Positions 19,473 to 30,256 of a stretch of 64,000 nucleotides of DNA are shown in pieces (position 1 is the stretch's first letter; the number at the start of each line of letters is the position of its first letter). The translations under genes and the position numbers were made by a program. Below the pieces are notes generated by a model. The model was not told the origin of the DNA. It searched no databases and was given only the letters and a program-made list of their open reading frames with translations. The stretch comes from an uncultured bacterium (GTDB lineage: Bacteria; JAHJDO01): the NCBI GenBank assembly GCA_964437505.1, contig CAYTGU010000007.1:10967-74966 (forward strand), given 5' to 3'.

Positions 19473-19596
19473 AGTTCAACCCTATCCTCAATTTTATATT
19501 AAAAATCAATCCGAGACTTTGCAGTGCAAGGTCCAAATCGGTTCATATAAGACTTGGGGATTATAACAACAATAGTTTTTAAAGAAAAGTATAACT

Positions 19597-20367
19597 TTAT
19601 TTTTTTATATCAAAAATCAGCCTGAGACCTTGTAGCGTAAGATTCAAATCTGTTTTCTGTATGCTTTTTGAATATTGACTTATCAGCGATGACCAGCCGC
19701 CTGTACCAATAACCTTTGGTGGTGTGGAAAATTCTTTTTTTAATCTTTTTACTATCCCGTCTATCATTGAGCTAAATCCGTATACAATCCCTATTTGTAT
19801 GCTCTGAGTTGTGGTTTTCCCGATAATTGAGGTAGGTTTAGAGAGTTCTGCCTTTGGCAATAAGGCAGTATCTCTGTGGAGCGCATTCAAAGACATTCCT
19901 ATGCCAGGACATATAACTCCTCCCAGATATTCACGTTTTTTAGATATCAGGTCAAATGTGGTAGCTGTTCCGCAATCAACAACTATCGCAGGCGCTCCAT
20001 ACAGATTATATGCTGCTACAGCATTGACTATTCTGTCACTTCCAACCTGAGAAGGCGCAGCGTATGTTATTTTTAGCCCGGTTTTTGTCTTATAGTCAAC
20101 TACCAGCGGAACAATGTTAAAGAGTTCTTTAGATAGCCTTGTGAATAATTTTGTTACGTCCGGCACAACGGAAGATATTATAAAACCTGTTATTTCATCT
20201 TTCTTAAGATTTGATTCAATTATAAAACTATTTAACTTTTTGAAATAATATTCAACATCCTGCTTTACTTTTGTTTTTATGCTGGTTTTAGATATCAACA
20301 TATCATTGGCAAATATACCCGCGCTAATACTTGTATTCCCTACATCAATTGCAATAAGCATAATCAA
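19597..20367 (-). CDS. coaX: Type III pantothenate kinase CoaX
   Basis: MLIAIDVGNTSISAGIF N-terminus, and GSDRIVNAVAA. Confidence 0.9.
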   Translation of the reverse strand: MIMLIAIDVGNTSISAGIFANDMLISKTSIKTKVKQDVEYYFKKLNSFIIESNLKKDEITGFIISSVVPDVTKLFTRLSKELFNIVPLVVDYKTKTGLKITYAAPSQVGSDRIVNAVAAYNLYGAPAIVVDCGTATTFDLISKKREYLGGVICPGIGMSLNALHRDTALLPKAELSKPTSIIGKTTTQSIQIGIVYGFSSMIDGIVKRLKKEFSTPPKVIGTGGWSSLISQYSKSIQKTDLNLTLQGLRLIFDIKK

Positions 20368-21136
20368 TCGTTCCCTCTGTAATACGTTTTGATATACCTG
20401 AATCCAGTCTAAGAATCAATGCCCCGTCAGGATCGATTCCAAGCGCCTGCCCTTCTACAACCTCATTTTGCAAAATCGCTCTGACTTGTTTGCCAAGAAT
20501 AGAAGACATTTCTTTCCATTCCTCAAACATCAGACTTCCTTCTCCCTTTTCCAGATATAAATAAACTTTCTCTATCTCAAATAACACCTTCTGTACAAGC
20601 TCCACCCGTGACACTTTCTTAGAGCATTCCATCTTTAAGGAGGTAGCTTTGCCACATAAATCAGGTGGTAAATCCTCTTTATTTAAATTCACATTTATTC
20701 CAAAGCCTATGACTATAAAACCAGTTTTCATTTTTCTTTTTTCTGCAAGAATTCCACAAACTTTTTTGCCTTTTATTATTACATCATTCGGCCACTTAAT
20801 ATAAGCAAGTAGAGATGTTACCTCCCTTATTGCCTTAGAAATAGCAACAGATACTCCGATAGTGAGCAGATTCAGCCTTTCTGAAAGTATATTTGATTTC
20901 AATATAATTGAGCACAGAATGCATTTTTGCGGCAGAAAAAACCATGTTCGGCCTAATCTCCCTCTTCCCTTTGTCTGTCCTTCTGTCAGAATGACAATAC
21001 CTTCTGAATTATATTTTTCAGCCAACGATAACGCTACATCATTTGTGGAAGACGTTTCATTATAAACATATATTTTTCGCCCTATTATTTGAGTCTCTAG
21101 ACCAGCTTTGATTGTATCTTTAGAAAACTCTTCCAT
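20345..21136 (-). CDS. birA: Biotin--[acetyl-CoA-carboxylase] ligase BirA (no N-terminal HTH)
   Basis: GRGRLGRTWFF motif and ~260 aa ligase core. It overlaps the coaX start by 23 nt. Confidence 0.85.
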   Translation of the reverse strand: MEEFSKDTIKAGLETQIIGRKIYVYNETSSTNDVALSLAEKYNSEGIVILTEGQTKGRGRLGRTWFFLPQKCILCSIILKSNILSERLNLLTIGVSVAISKAIREVTSLLAYIKWPNDVIIKGKKVCGILAEKRKMKTGFIVIGFGINVNLNKEDLPPDLCGKATSLKMECSKKVSRVELVQKVLFEIEKVYLYLEKGEGSLMFEEWKEMSSILGKQVRAILQNEVVEGQALGIDPDGALILRLDSGISKRITEGTIDYAYCN

Positions 21137-21142
21137 GTTCCA

Positions 21143-22006
21143 TTAATTAAAAATTTTTAAAGATATATCCATCGATTTTGCGGAATGAGTTAACTTGCCA
21201 ACAGAAATTCTATCAACTCCACTTTCTGCTATCTTTTCAACACTATTAAGGGTTACATCTCCTGAAACCTCTATCTCCGGCAAATTTTCAATTTTCAATT
21301 TCCAATTTCTAATTAAGGAAACCGCCTTTTTAATAGTCCGTATATCCATATTGTCCAGCATAATTATGTCTACTTGAGATTGAAGAGCTTCCATAACCTG
21401 GGATAAATTCTCTACTTCTATCTCAATCTTTACGTTTTTAGAAACTTTTTTTCTAATGGCTTGCACAAGTTCCGCTATATTCCTATTCGCTATCTTTAGA
21501 TGATTATCTTTTATCATGACCATATCATAAAGCCCCATTCTATGATTCTGTCCCCCACCAACACGCACTGCATATTTCTCTATATCACGTAGCCCAGGAG
21601 TGGTTTTTCTTGTATCAAATATTCTTGCTTTATAGGTCTTGACTTTTTCTACATACTCTCCTGTTAATGTTGCAATTCCTGAAAGCCTCTGCAAAAAGTT
21701 GAGGGCTGTTCTTTCTCCAGCTAAAATGGTGGTTACATGCCCTGATAATTCAGCTAACACATCTCCATTTTTAACCTCTGTTCCATCTTTAACCAAAGAT
21801 TTGAATTTTACTTTATTATCCAGCATTTTGAATACGGTTTCCGCTATTTTCAATCCTGCAATTACTCCGCATTGCTTTACTATAATTCTAGCTTTAGCAT
21901 TTCTTTTTTGAAGGATGCAAGCCTCTGTAGTAATATCACCGTCTCCAATATCTTCTTTTAAGGCTGCAGTAACAAGTTCCTTGACTCTATTCGGTGATAT
22001 GTTCAT
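21143..22006 (-). CDS. nadC: Nicotinate-nucleotide pyrophosphorylase (quinolinate phosphoribosyltransferase) NadC
   Basis: The length and motifs (EDIGDGDITTEA; ...MIKDNH...) fit NadC. Confidence 0.9.
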   Translation of the reverse strand: MNISPNRVKELVTAALKEDIGDGDITTEACILQKRNAKARIIVKQCGVIAGLKIAETVFKMLDNKVKFKSLVKDGTEVKNGDVLAELSGHVTTILAGERTALNFLQRLSGIATLTGEYVEKVKTYKARIFDTRKTTPGLRDIEKYAVRVGGGQNHRMGLYDMVMIKDNHLKIANRNIAELVQAIRKKVSKNVKIEIEVENLSQVMEALQSQVDIIMLDNMDIRTIKKAVSLIRNWKLKIENLPEIEVSGDVTLNSVEKIAESGVDRISVGKLTHSAKSMDISLKIFN

Positions 22007-22153
22007 ATTTGCACTCTAGCCCCTTTCTCTTCTGTTGCATTATTCTAACGAAATCATAAGCTAAATTCAAACTCTTTTCCCAGCCATACAATTTCCGACC
22101 AAAAAAAGATATTTTGAAATAGAGAAAAGAATGAAGTAATTTGCGAGAAAGGT

Positions 22154-24115
22154 CTATATCCAGAATACCTGATTTCCAGTATGTCCTGTTATCAGATCAA
22201 TGACAAACCAGAGTCCTGCGGTAACCAGCTGCCCCAGGATTAGTCCAAGAAAGAACGGTCTTGAAGCCTTGTATACCTTATTTCCTCCGTATCTTGTGAG
22301 TACTGACTTTATTATCCACGCAAGAAATATGCTGAACCATAGGTTTTCCATTAGCCACACAGCGCTTATAGGATATGCAACAGGATGTATAGGCCACCAC
22401 AGAAGTCTGTATCTCATAAACATCAGAAACGCCATAAATCCTCCGCCTATTGCTGTATGCAGCCAACCCATCCAATTCACTCCTGTTGGATGCAGCATCT
22501 TATCTGTCACATAGTTGTATGGCGCCTGTGGTCCTCTTATGAAGAACCACGAATTCATGTTTATTCCTCCATGCGTGTAAGCCAGTTTCAACGCTATCCA
22601 GAATGTAGAGCCAAGACCTATTACCAGAGCCGCTAATATAAACCAGAAAAGCTTTCTTCTGTTTGTCTTTATTACCTCTATTATTTTCAGGCTATGCGCT
22701 GTTGCTGCCATTACAAATGTCCTAATGTCTGAAGCCCACACATATGTGAATGCCAGACTTACCATGCCACCAGCTCCAAATATAGATGTCCCTAAACCTG
22801 ATACTGCAAGAGAAGGAGCTATTGACGGCGCTACTGCACATGCTATACCTCCCTCTGCAACTATTCTTGTTAAGCCTATAAACAACACCAGAGCAAAAAA
22901 CATGAATACAGGAACTGTTATCAGGGGCATACCACTAAAGTACAGCCATATCCCCATTACAATTAAACCTATCAAGAGAGAGTATACCGACGCTTTGTAG
23001 GACAGTATCTCATTTGTGTCGTCTATATCTTTTCTTTTCCCGAATGCTTTGCCAAATACATCCTTGAGATGCTCCCTTGCCATCCATAAGCCCGCCATTA
23101 CCAATACTATCATTCCACCAGTCTGCTGATGGTACAGCATTGGAGAACCATGTATTCCATAAATGCCTGTATTTTCATTGAATCCAAATCCTGTAATATT
23201 ACAGATTCCTTTTATCACTATTGATAATAGGCATAAAAACCATAAACTGAACGCTAACTGCATGTTGATAAAGTACGCATACCCTATCATTGGAAAGCTT
23301 ACTCTGAAGGACATGTTTAGAGTGTTGCGAAATATTGGAATACTATTAACGAGGTTTATCTTAGGTATGAAGTGAAAATAGTCATGAAAACCATTTATTG
23401 AACTGATTATGAATGGAATTGCAAATCCAAGCCACATTATGTTGCTTTTGAAGAAAGGCCTTATTATGGAACCGTTTTCATCCTTTACCATATCCATAGG
23501 CAATTGCGCTAACGGATATATCAATCTCTCTTTTTCTACCCATTGTTTTCTTAATATCACCATTATTGTTATCATTACCATATACAGAGACATAAGGAAT
23601 ATCATCCAGAAACATATTGGCTTGAGCCATGCTGCCCATGGGATACTCGCGCCCTTTGGCATGCCTTCATAGAACTGCCTTATTACCTCTTTGCCCTGTG
23701 GCACCATCCAGCTTTTTATATGTGGTTGTATTAACTCTGCCCATCTGTTTGTCGGGGTTGCAAAGTAAAATGGTGCTGTGATTATCTGAAACAATTGTGC
23801 GCCAAGTCCCATTGTTGCTACTGAAGAGGCTATAAGCATCATGATGTATATTACTAAGAGCTCTGATGAATTAAGAGCTAGTCTCTTACTTATCAGTTTG
23901 AGTATAACTGCTATGCCGCCTACAAGAATAAAAAACAGGAATATTGCTCCTGCAGGCATGAAGTCTATTGCCATATAAGAGCCATGAACAATATCTATGG
24001 AGTAGTGCGCCATTACAGGGATGAGAAAACACAGTAACGCACCTATTACGAAACTCTTTAGACCTACTTGTTTATCTCTATTTTCCATCGGCAAAATTAA
24101 ATTCTCTCCTATCAA
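22154..24115 (-). CDS. Large polytopic membrane protein of unknown function (653 aa, ~14-16 predicted TM helices)
   Basis: A long hydrophobic ORF with a strong hydrophobic periodicity throughout and no antisense alternative. I recognise no catalytic motif. Confidence 0.6.
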   Translation of the reverse strand: MIGENLILPMENRDKQVGLKSFVIGALLCFLIPVMAHYSIDIVHGSYMAIDFMPAGAIFLFFILVGGIAVILKLISKRLALNSSELLVIYIMMLIASSVATMGLGAQLFQIITAPFYFATPTNRWAELIQPHIKSWMVPQGKEVIRQFYEGMPKGASIPWAAWLKPICFWMIFLMSLYMVMITIMVILRKQWVEKERLIYPLAQLPMDMVKDENGSIIRPFFKSNIMWLGFAIPFIISSINGFHDYFHFIPKINLVNSIPIFRNTLNMSFRVSFPMIGYAYFINMQLAFSLWFLCLLSIVIKGICNITGFGFNENTGIYGIHGSPMLYHQQTGGMIVLVMAGLWMAREHLKDVFGKAFGKRKDIDDTNEILSYKASVYSLLIGLIVMGIWLYFSGMPLITVPVFMFFALVLFIGLTRIVAEGGIACAVAPSIAPSLAVSGLGTSIFGAGGMVSLAFTYVWASDIRTFVMAATAHSLKIIEVIKTNRRKLFWFILAALVIGLGSTFWIALKLAYTHGGINMNSWFFIRGPQAPYNYVTDKMLHPTGVNWMGWLHTAIGGGFMAFLMFMRYRLLWWPIHPVAYPISAVWLMENLWFSIFLAWIIKSVLTRYGGNKVYKASRPFFLGLILGQLVTAGLWFVIDLITGHTGNQVFWI

Positions 24116-24162
24116 ATTTTAAGCATAATATAAATCCTGCTCATTTGCAAACAGCAAAACAC

Positions 24163-25242
24163 TCATAAACTCATATAAACTATTTCTGTCCCTTCAACCA
24201 TTCTGAACACGTTAAACACTGTTTTTACTCGCTCCAGTCCCCTCTCCCCCATTTTTTTTGCCTCCTCTTTATTGGATAACAACTGTATAATAGAATCTGC
24301 CAGCCCTTTTGAATCCTTGGGCGAAACAAGAATACCTGTTTCTTTATCCACAACAACTTCAGGTATTCCACCGGCAGTTGTCGCAACTATCGGTAGTTTC
24401 ATCAGCATTGCATCCATAAGAGAAGTGCATAATCCCTCAAGATGTGAAGGAAGAACAAAAAGATCCATTGTTGACAATAATTCACCGATATCCTTTCGGA
24501 ACCCGGTAAAAATTACATTTTTTGTTATATCTAATTCCTTAACCTGTTTTTTTAAGGCTTCTTCCAGTTCTCCTTCGCCAATAATGAGAAAAACCACATT
24601 TGGAAATATTTTTAATACCTCAGGGACAGCATTAAGCAGATATTTATGCCCTTTGTGATCTGTCAGATGTGCGATTGTACCAATAATTGGGGAATATTTT
24701 GATAAATTAAACTCTTCGTATAAATACTGAGTATTACTTATACTGTCGAATTTTTCTGTATCAATTCCACTGTAAACAACATCTATTTTGTCCTGAGGAA
24801 CACCTGCCTCTATCAATATACTTTTAATAGCATTGGATATTGCAATTATCTTATTTGTGAGATAATTATATTTTATGTTTGAAAAAATGTTGCAGGCAAC
24901 CTTAAAATCAACCCTGCGAGTGACAACAAAAGGAATCTTTTTTATCTTTGCTGCAATCGCCCCAATCGTATGTGCATGAGATGTATGAGCATGAATAATA
25001 TCTATGCGTTCATCTGTTATTGTCCTGCAGATAGCTCCTATAGCCCCCAAATCCAATTCTCCACGCATTACTACAGGGCATACCCTGAGATTATTGTTAA
25101 TACACTTTCTTACCAGCACACTATTTGGTTGAGCAGATACAACGTTATTGTGATTCTTTCTTCTTAAACCATCCATAAGACACATCATCTGAACTTCCCC
25201 GCCCCTCCAGCCGCACTCTGTATTTATGTGAAGAATATTCAA
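24163..25242 (-). CDS. Glycosyltransferase family 4 (GT-B)
   Basis: C-terminal GT4 signature EGLCTSLMDAMLMKLPIVATTAGGIPEVV. N-terminal MNILHINTECGWRGGEVQ. Confidence 0.85.
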   Translation of the reverse strand: MNILHINTECGWRGGEVQMMCLMDGLRRKNHNNVVSAQPNSVLVRKCINNNLRVCPVVMRGELDLGAIGAICRTITDERIDIIHAHTSHAHTIGAIAAKIKKIPFVVTRRVDFKVACNIFSNIKYNYLTNKIIAISNAIKSILIEAGVPQDKIDVVYSGIDTEKFDSISNTQYLYEEFNLSKYSPIIGTIAHLTDHKGHKYLLNAVPEVLKIFPNVVFLIIGEGELEEALKKQVKELDITKNVIFTGFRKDIGELLSTMDLFVLPSHLEGLCTSLMDAMLMKLPIVATTAGGIPEVVVDKETGILVSPKDSKGLADSIIQLLSNKEEAKKMGERGLERVKTVFNVFRMVEGTEIVYMSL

Positions 25243-25245
25243 AGT

Positions 25246-25773
25246 TCATCCCTTTATTTTTAGTTCTATGCCTGAAATCATAAGATACACTTCATCTGCC
25301 ATGCGTGCAATGAGCTGATTGCATCTTCCAGCAATATCTCTAAATTCGCGCGCTAATCTATTCTCAGGGACTATGCCCATTCCTAGCTCATTACTCACAA
25401 CAATAAGTGTAAATCTTGAGGTTCCTGCTGTTTTTAATAGCATCTGGATATCCCCAAGAATGCGGTCTTTCACCCCTTCAATACCGAATTTATGTATCAT
25501 ATTAGACAGCCACAATGTGATACAATCCAGAATAACAGCACCTTCAAAATTTCTAAATTTGTTTAAAATATTAATATTTATCGGCTCTTCAACTGTCTTC
25601 CATGTACTGCTTCTCTTTGCTTTATGCTTCTTGATTCTGTCTGCCATTTCTTTATCCAGGGCTTCTGCAGTAGCCAAAAAGACCACGTCCTTTCCAAGTG
25701 CTGATGCTAATTTCTCTGCAAAAGAGCTCTTACCGCTCCTCGCCCCGCCTGTAATGAAGATTATTTTAGCCAT
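25246..25773 (-). CDS. cobU: Bifunctional adenosylcobinamide kinase / adenosylcobinamide-phosphate guanylyltransferase (CobU/CobP)
   Basis: 175 aa with the P-loop IFITGGARSGKSSFAE at the N-terminus, typical of CobU. Confidence 0.75.
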   Translation of the reverse strand: MAKIIFITGGARSGKSSFAEKLASALGKDVVFLATAEALDKEMADRIKKHKAKRSSTWKTVEEPININILNKFRNFEGAVILDCITLWLSNMIHKFGIEGVKDRILGDIQMLLKTAGTSRFTLIVVSNELGMGIVPENRLAREFRDIAGRCNQLIARMADEVYLMISGIELKIKG

Positions 25774-25784
25774 GAAATATTTCC

Positions 25785-25832
25785 AATCATCAACCTAATC
25801 ATCAACCTAATCATCAACCTAATCATCAACCA
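25785..25832. repeat. 12-bp tandem repeat (AATCATCAACCT x ~4) in the 66-bp gap between the Fic stop and the cobU start
   Basis: Three perfect copies and one imperfect copy are read directly from the sequence. The repeat lies 12 nt upstream of the cobU start codon. Confidence 0.9.
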
Positions 25833-25839
25833 TTCTTTA

Positions 25840-26895
25840 CTATAACAGCACATAATACAAGGCTCTTCCTTTTCCTTTTGATTCTATCACTTTCATCCTT
25901 AAGAGTTTCTTCAATTCTTTATGCGCCGCCTGGGCGGAAATATTAAACAATTTCTGCAAGTCCCTGTTTGTTATCCTACCGTCTATATTTATTCTCTCGA
26001 TAATCTTCATCTGTTTCTGAGTTAAAGATATCTGGCTTTTTGTTTCCTTTTTCGCTTTTAAGCCAAGTTTTAAAACCGCTTCCTTTACCTCATTTATTGA
26101 GAACGCCACACCGTCGGAAAAATATTCAAGCCATTTTGTCAAATCCCGTATTTTGGTATCTACTGTCTTTAACGCGGCATAATAAGATTTTCTGTCTCTG
26201 TCGTAATAATCATCCAGACTAAATATTCTTCTATGGTCAAAACCGCTCAAATATAAAACCAATGTAGCCAGAAGTCTGGCTGTACGTCCGTTACCGTCTA
26301 TAAAAGGATGAATTCTCGCTATTTCATAATGAACCATTCCGGCGAGTAATACAGGATTAATCTGCCACGTTTCATCTTTATTCAGCCAAACAATAAATTC
26401 TTCCGTAAATTTCGGGACTTCTTTTGTTAGTGGAGGCATATATTCTATTTCTTCTTTAAAACCGGTGCCGTCAGAAATCCTTCTGCCGACGTAGACCTGT
26501 CTGTCCCTGAATACTCCGCAGTCAGAAGTCTTTTCCAGAGTTCCTGCGGTTATTTTTTCATGCATACTAAGAAGCGTTTTAACTGTGATTTTTCCTTTTT
26601 TCGCAGTATTGGGAATATGCTCCATCGCTTTGAGATAATTCAAAACTTCTTGCTTATCCTTATCTGCCGCAACCACTTCTTTTTTATCAGACAAATCCTT
26701 TACCTGTTCAAGCGTAAGTCTGTTGCCCTCTATTGCCGTTGATGAATGAGTATTCTGCAGTAAAGCCTGCTTTCTTAATTTAGCTTCCCATTTCGGAATA
26801 AGACGTGACTGCTCAATAATTTCTCGCGCTGATGCAATCAGCGTAAGATTATTCAATATCTCGTTTGTTATCGTATATTTCGGCTTAAAAGACAT
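25840..26895 (-). CDS. Fic-family protein (AMPylase-type) with an N-terminal inhibitory motif and a C-terminal wHTH-like region
   Basis: Fic motif HPFIDGNGRTARL, with the inhibitory-helix motif STAIEGN ([ST]xxxE[GN]) upstream of it (class-II arrangement). The C-terminal ~80 aa are basic and helical. Confidence 0.85.
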   Translation of the reverse strand: MSFKPKYTITNEILNNLTLIASAREIIEQSRLIPKWEAKLRKQALLQNTHSSTAIEGNRLTLEQVKDLSDKKEVVAADKDKQEVLNYLKAMEHIPNTAKKGKITVKTLLSMHEKITAGTLEKTSDCGVFRDRQVYVGRRISDGTGFKEEIEYMPPLTKEVPKFTEEFIVWLNKDETWQINPVLLAGMVHYEIARIHPFIDGNGRTARLLATLVLYLSGFDHRRIFSLDDYYDRDRKSYYAALKTVDTKIRDLTKWLEYFSDGVAFSINEVKEAVLKLGLKAKKETKSQISLTQKQMKIIERINIDGRITNRDLQKLFNISAQAAHKELKKLLRMKVIESKGKGRALYYVLL

Positions 26896-26962
26896 ATTTC
26901 AATTTCCCTTTGTCGTGATTTTCCGTCCATCATGCTTTATCCTTTAGCTTCTCTTATCATCA

Positions 26963-27451
26963 CTATATTGACTTACTAACCCACTTCATCAATCCGCCGG
27001 CAGATATCAAATTCTGAATAAATTCGGGGAATGGGGTTGATTTATATGACTTGTTCTTTGTAAGATTGGATATAGTACCTTCTGATAAGTCAACCTCCAA
27101 GATATCTCCTTTATCTGCATCCTTGACTGCTTCCTTACATTCAAGAATTGGCAGGCCGATATTTATTGCATTACGATAGAATATCCTTGCAAACGAATTT
27201 GCTATAACACATGAAACTCCTGAAGCTTTTATTGATATTGGGGCATGTTCTCTTGATGAACCGCAGCCAAAATTCTCCTGAGCAACAATAATATCGTCAT
27301 CCTTCACACCCTTAGCAAAAGAAGCGTCTATATCCTCCATGCAGTGTTCTGCCAGTTCTTTTGCGTCAGAAGTGTTGAGGTATCTTGCTGGAATTATCTC
27401 ATCTGTATTTACATTATTTCCGTATTTCCAAACTTCGCCTTTAAATTTCAT
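26963..27451 (-). CDS. leuD: 3-isopropylmalate dehydratase small subunit LeuD (short, archaeal-type)
   Basis: About 160 aa with [15 protein letters not shown]. It overlaps the leuC stop by 4 nt. Confidence 0.85.
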   Translation of the reverse strand: MKFKGEVWKYGNNVNTDEIIPARYLNTSDAKELAEHCMEDIDASFAKGVKDDDIIVAQENFGCGSSREHAPISIKASGVSCVIANSFARIFYRNAINIGLPILECKEAVKDADKGDILEVDLSEGTISNLTKNKSYKSTPFPEFIQNLISAGGLMKWVSKSI

Positions 27452-28746
27452 TTTATTTTTATCTCCTTCGGGTCTGCTATTCTTCCCTTAATTGCCGATG
27501 CAGCTGCAACAGCAGGGCTTGCCAGATAAACTTCACTCTTAACATGCCCCATTCTTCCCACAAAATTACGGTTCGTCGTACTTACACATCTTTCTCCTTC
27601 TGCAAGCACACCCATATGCCCGCCAAGACACGGTCCACAGGTAGGAGTACTTATCACTCCTCCGCTTTCCAGAAATATATCAAACAACCCCATTTTCATA
27701 GCATCAGCATATATCTTTTGAGTTGCAGGAAGAATTATAAGCCTTACATACGGATGTATCTTATGTCCCTTCAGTATACCTGCCGCAATTTCTAAGTCCT
27801 GTAGCCTTCCATTTGTACATGAACCTATAACCACCTGATCTATCTTTATATCATCAGCATCTATTGCAGGTTTTGTGTTTGAGGGCAGATGAGGGAACGA
27901 TACCTGAGGTTTGATCTTCGACATATCATATTCTCTGATATCAGCATACTTTGCGTCAGGATCGCTTTTATATGCCTTGTAATCCCTTTTTGCTATATTT
28001 TTAACATAATTTAATGTCTTCTCATCCGGTTCGATAATGCCGTTCTTTCCTCCGGCTTCTATAGCCATATTACACATTGTGAATCTATCAGACATAGCTA
28101 ATTCCGATATAACATCCCCACAGAACTCCATTGATTTATAAAGCGCTCCATCTACTCCTATATCTCCTATTGTATAGAGGATAAGATCCTTGCCGCACAC
28201 CCACTTATTAAGTGTTCCTTTATAGACAAACTTTATGGCTTCCGGAATTTTAAACCATGCTTTACCTCTTATCATTGCCGCTGCAAGATCAGTACTTCCA
28301 ACGCCTGTTGAAAATGCACCCAAAGCCCCGTAAGTACATGTATGTGAATCTGCGCCAATTATACAATCTCCAGGGAGAACAAGTCCCTGCTCAGGTAACA
28401 ACGCATGTTCTATTCCCATTTTCCCTATTTCAAAGTAATATTTAATGTTCTTTTTTCTTGAAAAATCCCTGAGTATTTTACATTGCTCTGCTGATTTTAC
28501 ATCCTTGTTTGGCGCAAAGTGATCCGGTACTAAAGCAATTCTATCTTTATCAAAAATGTCCAGTTCCCTGCCCTTTTCTTTTTCTATAGCTTCAAATTCA
28601 GAGATTGCAATCGGGGCAGTAACATCATTGCCCAGAATGAAATCAAGGTCTGCCTCAATAAGTTCCCCGGGTGAAACTTGAGGTATTGCCTCCTGTTTCT
28701 TTCCTGCATGAGCAGCCAATATCTTCTCTGTTATAGTCATTCCCAT
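27448..28746 (-). CDS. leuC: 3-isopropylmalate dehydratase large subunit LeuC (aconitase family)
   Basis: Aconitase-family Fe-S ligand regions (GSCTNGR; CGPCLG) and ~430 aa. Confidence 0.9.
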   Translation of the reverse strand: MGMTITEKILAAHAGKKQEAIPQVSPGELIEADLDFILGNDVTAPIAISEFEAIEKEKGRELDIFDKDRIALVPDHFAPNKDVKSAEQCKILRDFSRKKNIKYYFEIGKMGIEHALLPEQGLVLPGDCIIGADSHTCTYGALGAFSTGVGSTDLAAAMIRGKAWFKIPEAIKFVYKGTLNKWVCGKDLILYTIGDIGVDGALYKSMEFCGDVISELAMSDRFTMCNMAIEAGGKNGIIEPDEKTLNYVKNIAKRDYKAYKSDPDAKYADIREYDMSKIKPQVSFPHLPSNTKPAIDADDIKIDQVVIGSCTNGRLQDLEIAAGILKGHKIHPYVRLIILPATQKIYADAMKMGLFDIFLESGGVISTPTCGPCLGGHMGVLAEGERCVSTTNRNFVGRMGHVKSEVYLASPAVAAASAIKGRIADPKEIKIK

Positions 28747-28765
28747 TTTAAATATCCCCTTTAAA

Positions 28766-30130
28766 TTAAACTAAATATTTCATTAATCCCAATGCCAAAC
28801 TGAAGTATATAAGCATGCCTGTAATATCATTAGCAGTTGTTACAAAAGGGCCTGTAGCAATAGCAGGGTCAATGTTAAACTTATTAAATACAAGTGGCAT
28901 AAATGCTCCTATTGTTGCAGCTACAATAATAGCCATAAACATTGATGTAGAAAGAACAAGACCGAAAGCCATCTGTCCCTGCCATAACATTCCAACTGCT
29001 CCTACAATGACTCCACATGCAAGACCCATAATAGCGCCTATTCTTATTTCCCTGAGAAGCATCTTCCATACCTTTTTGGTATCTATTATGCCTGTTGCCA
29101 ATCCTCTCACTACAATTGTAGATGATTGAATCCCAATGTTTCCTCCCATAGCAGCAACTATGGGCATAAAAAAAGCTAGAGCTATAATCTGTTCCAGAAC
29201 AAATTTAAATCTGCTTACAACAAACACACATATTAACCCCCCCAGAAGAGTTGTAATGAGCCATGGAAGACGTATCTTAGCAACACTGAAAGCAGATTTT
29301 GTCAGGAGTTCGTCCTCTGTTGTCCCAACAGACCTATATACATCTTCAGCAGCCTCCTCTCTTATCACGTCAATAATGTCATCAACTGTTATTATTCCCA
29401 GAAGCCTGTTTGAAGCATCAGTAACAGGCATAGCTAAAAGATCATACTTTGCAACTAGATTTGCAACATATTCCTGATCACTATCAGGCCTTACACTAAT
29501 AATGTCTGAAGTCATCACAGCTTTTAATCTTTTATCAGGCTCTGCCATGATTAACTCTTTTAACGTAACTACGCCACGAAGATGGTCTTCTCTGTCTGTT
29601 GTGTATATATAGTAACTGGCTTCCGCATCTATATTTTTTCGCAGATGCTCTAATGTACTAGCAACTGTAGCATCCTCCTGAAAAGATACAAATTCAGTCG
29701 TCATTATTCCACCTGCAGTATCCTTATCATATTGAATTAATTCTTCTACTTCTTCTGCTTCTTCTGCTGTCATTTGGGCCAGAACTTTCAGATGATCTTC
29801 TTCCGGAAGATACTGAAGAATATCGGCAGCATTGTCAGGAGGCATTGTATCAAGCATTTTTGAAAGTCTCATGGGACTCATAGCCTGAACAAGTTCTTTT
29901 GCCAATACAGGATCTATTTCATTTAGAACTTCAGCGGTAACCTCTGGCTTAAGTATATTCAGTATTTTCTGTCCCTCTTCAGCTTCTAAGTAACTGATAA
30001 TATCAGCCACATCAGCTGTATGAAGCTTATTTAAGAACCTCTGAAGCTTGAGCGGAACATTGCTACTAAGATAATCCTGAACAATGTTTATAAATCTCTC
30101 TATTTTCTTTTCCATAAAACTAGTTCCCAC
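28766..30130 (-). CDS. mgtE: Magnesium transporter MgtE
   Basis: MgtE N-domain, a CBS pair, and a C-terminal 5-TM domain with conserved acidic/polar residues. Confidence 0.9.
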   Translation of the reverse strand: MGTSFMEKKIERFINIVQDYLSSNVPLKLQRFLNKLHTADVADIISYLEAEEGQKILNILKPEVTAEVLNEIDPVLAKELVQAMSPMRLSKMLDTMPPDNAADILQYLPEEDHLKVLAQMTAEEAEEVEELIQYDKDTAGGIMTTEFVSFQEDATVASTLEHLRKNIDAEASYYIYTTDREDHLRGVVTLKELIMAEPDKRLKAVMTSDIISVRPDSDQEYVANLVAKYDLLAMPVTDASNRLLGIITVDDIIDVIREEAAEDVYRSVGTTEDELLTKSAFSVAKIRLPWLITTLLGGLICVFVVSRFKFVLEQIIALAFFMPIVAAMGGNIGIQSSTIVVRGLATGIIDTKKVWKMLLREIRIGAIMGLACGVIVGAVGMLWQGQMAFGLVLSTSMFMAIIVAATIGAFMPLVFNKFNIDPAIATGPFVTTANDITGMLIYFSLALGLMKYLV

Positions 30131-30256
30131 ATGCTTATTTATCTAGCATTGAGGCATTATAGCAACGGAAAAGCAATAAAGTCAAAAGCAAAAAACAGAA
30201 TTCATACAAAAGGATTTAGAACTTGACACGCTAAACTAGGCTATGATAGACTGCCG

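Noticed and set aside
19360-19566. 68-aa plus-strand ORF spanning the URO-D start and the coaX-duplicate region
   Set aside because: It overlaps the 5' end of the minus-strand URO-D-family gene and the degenerate coaX 3' duplicate. The region is better explained as a non-coding scar.
30131-30256. Putative sigma70 promoter (TTGACA ... TATGAT) upstream of the coiled-coil gene
   Set aside because: The spacer between the -35 and -10 candidates is only 13 nt. That is too short to call a promoter with any confidence.
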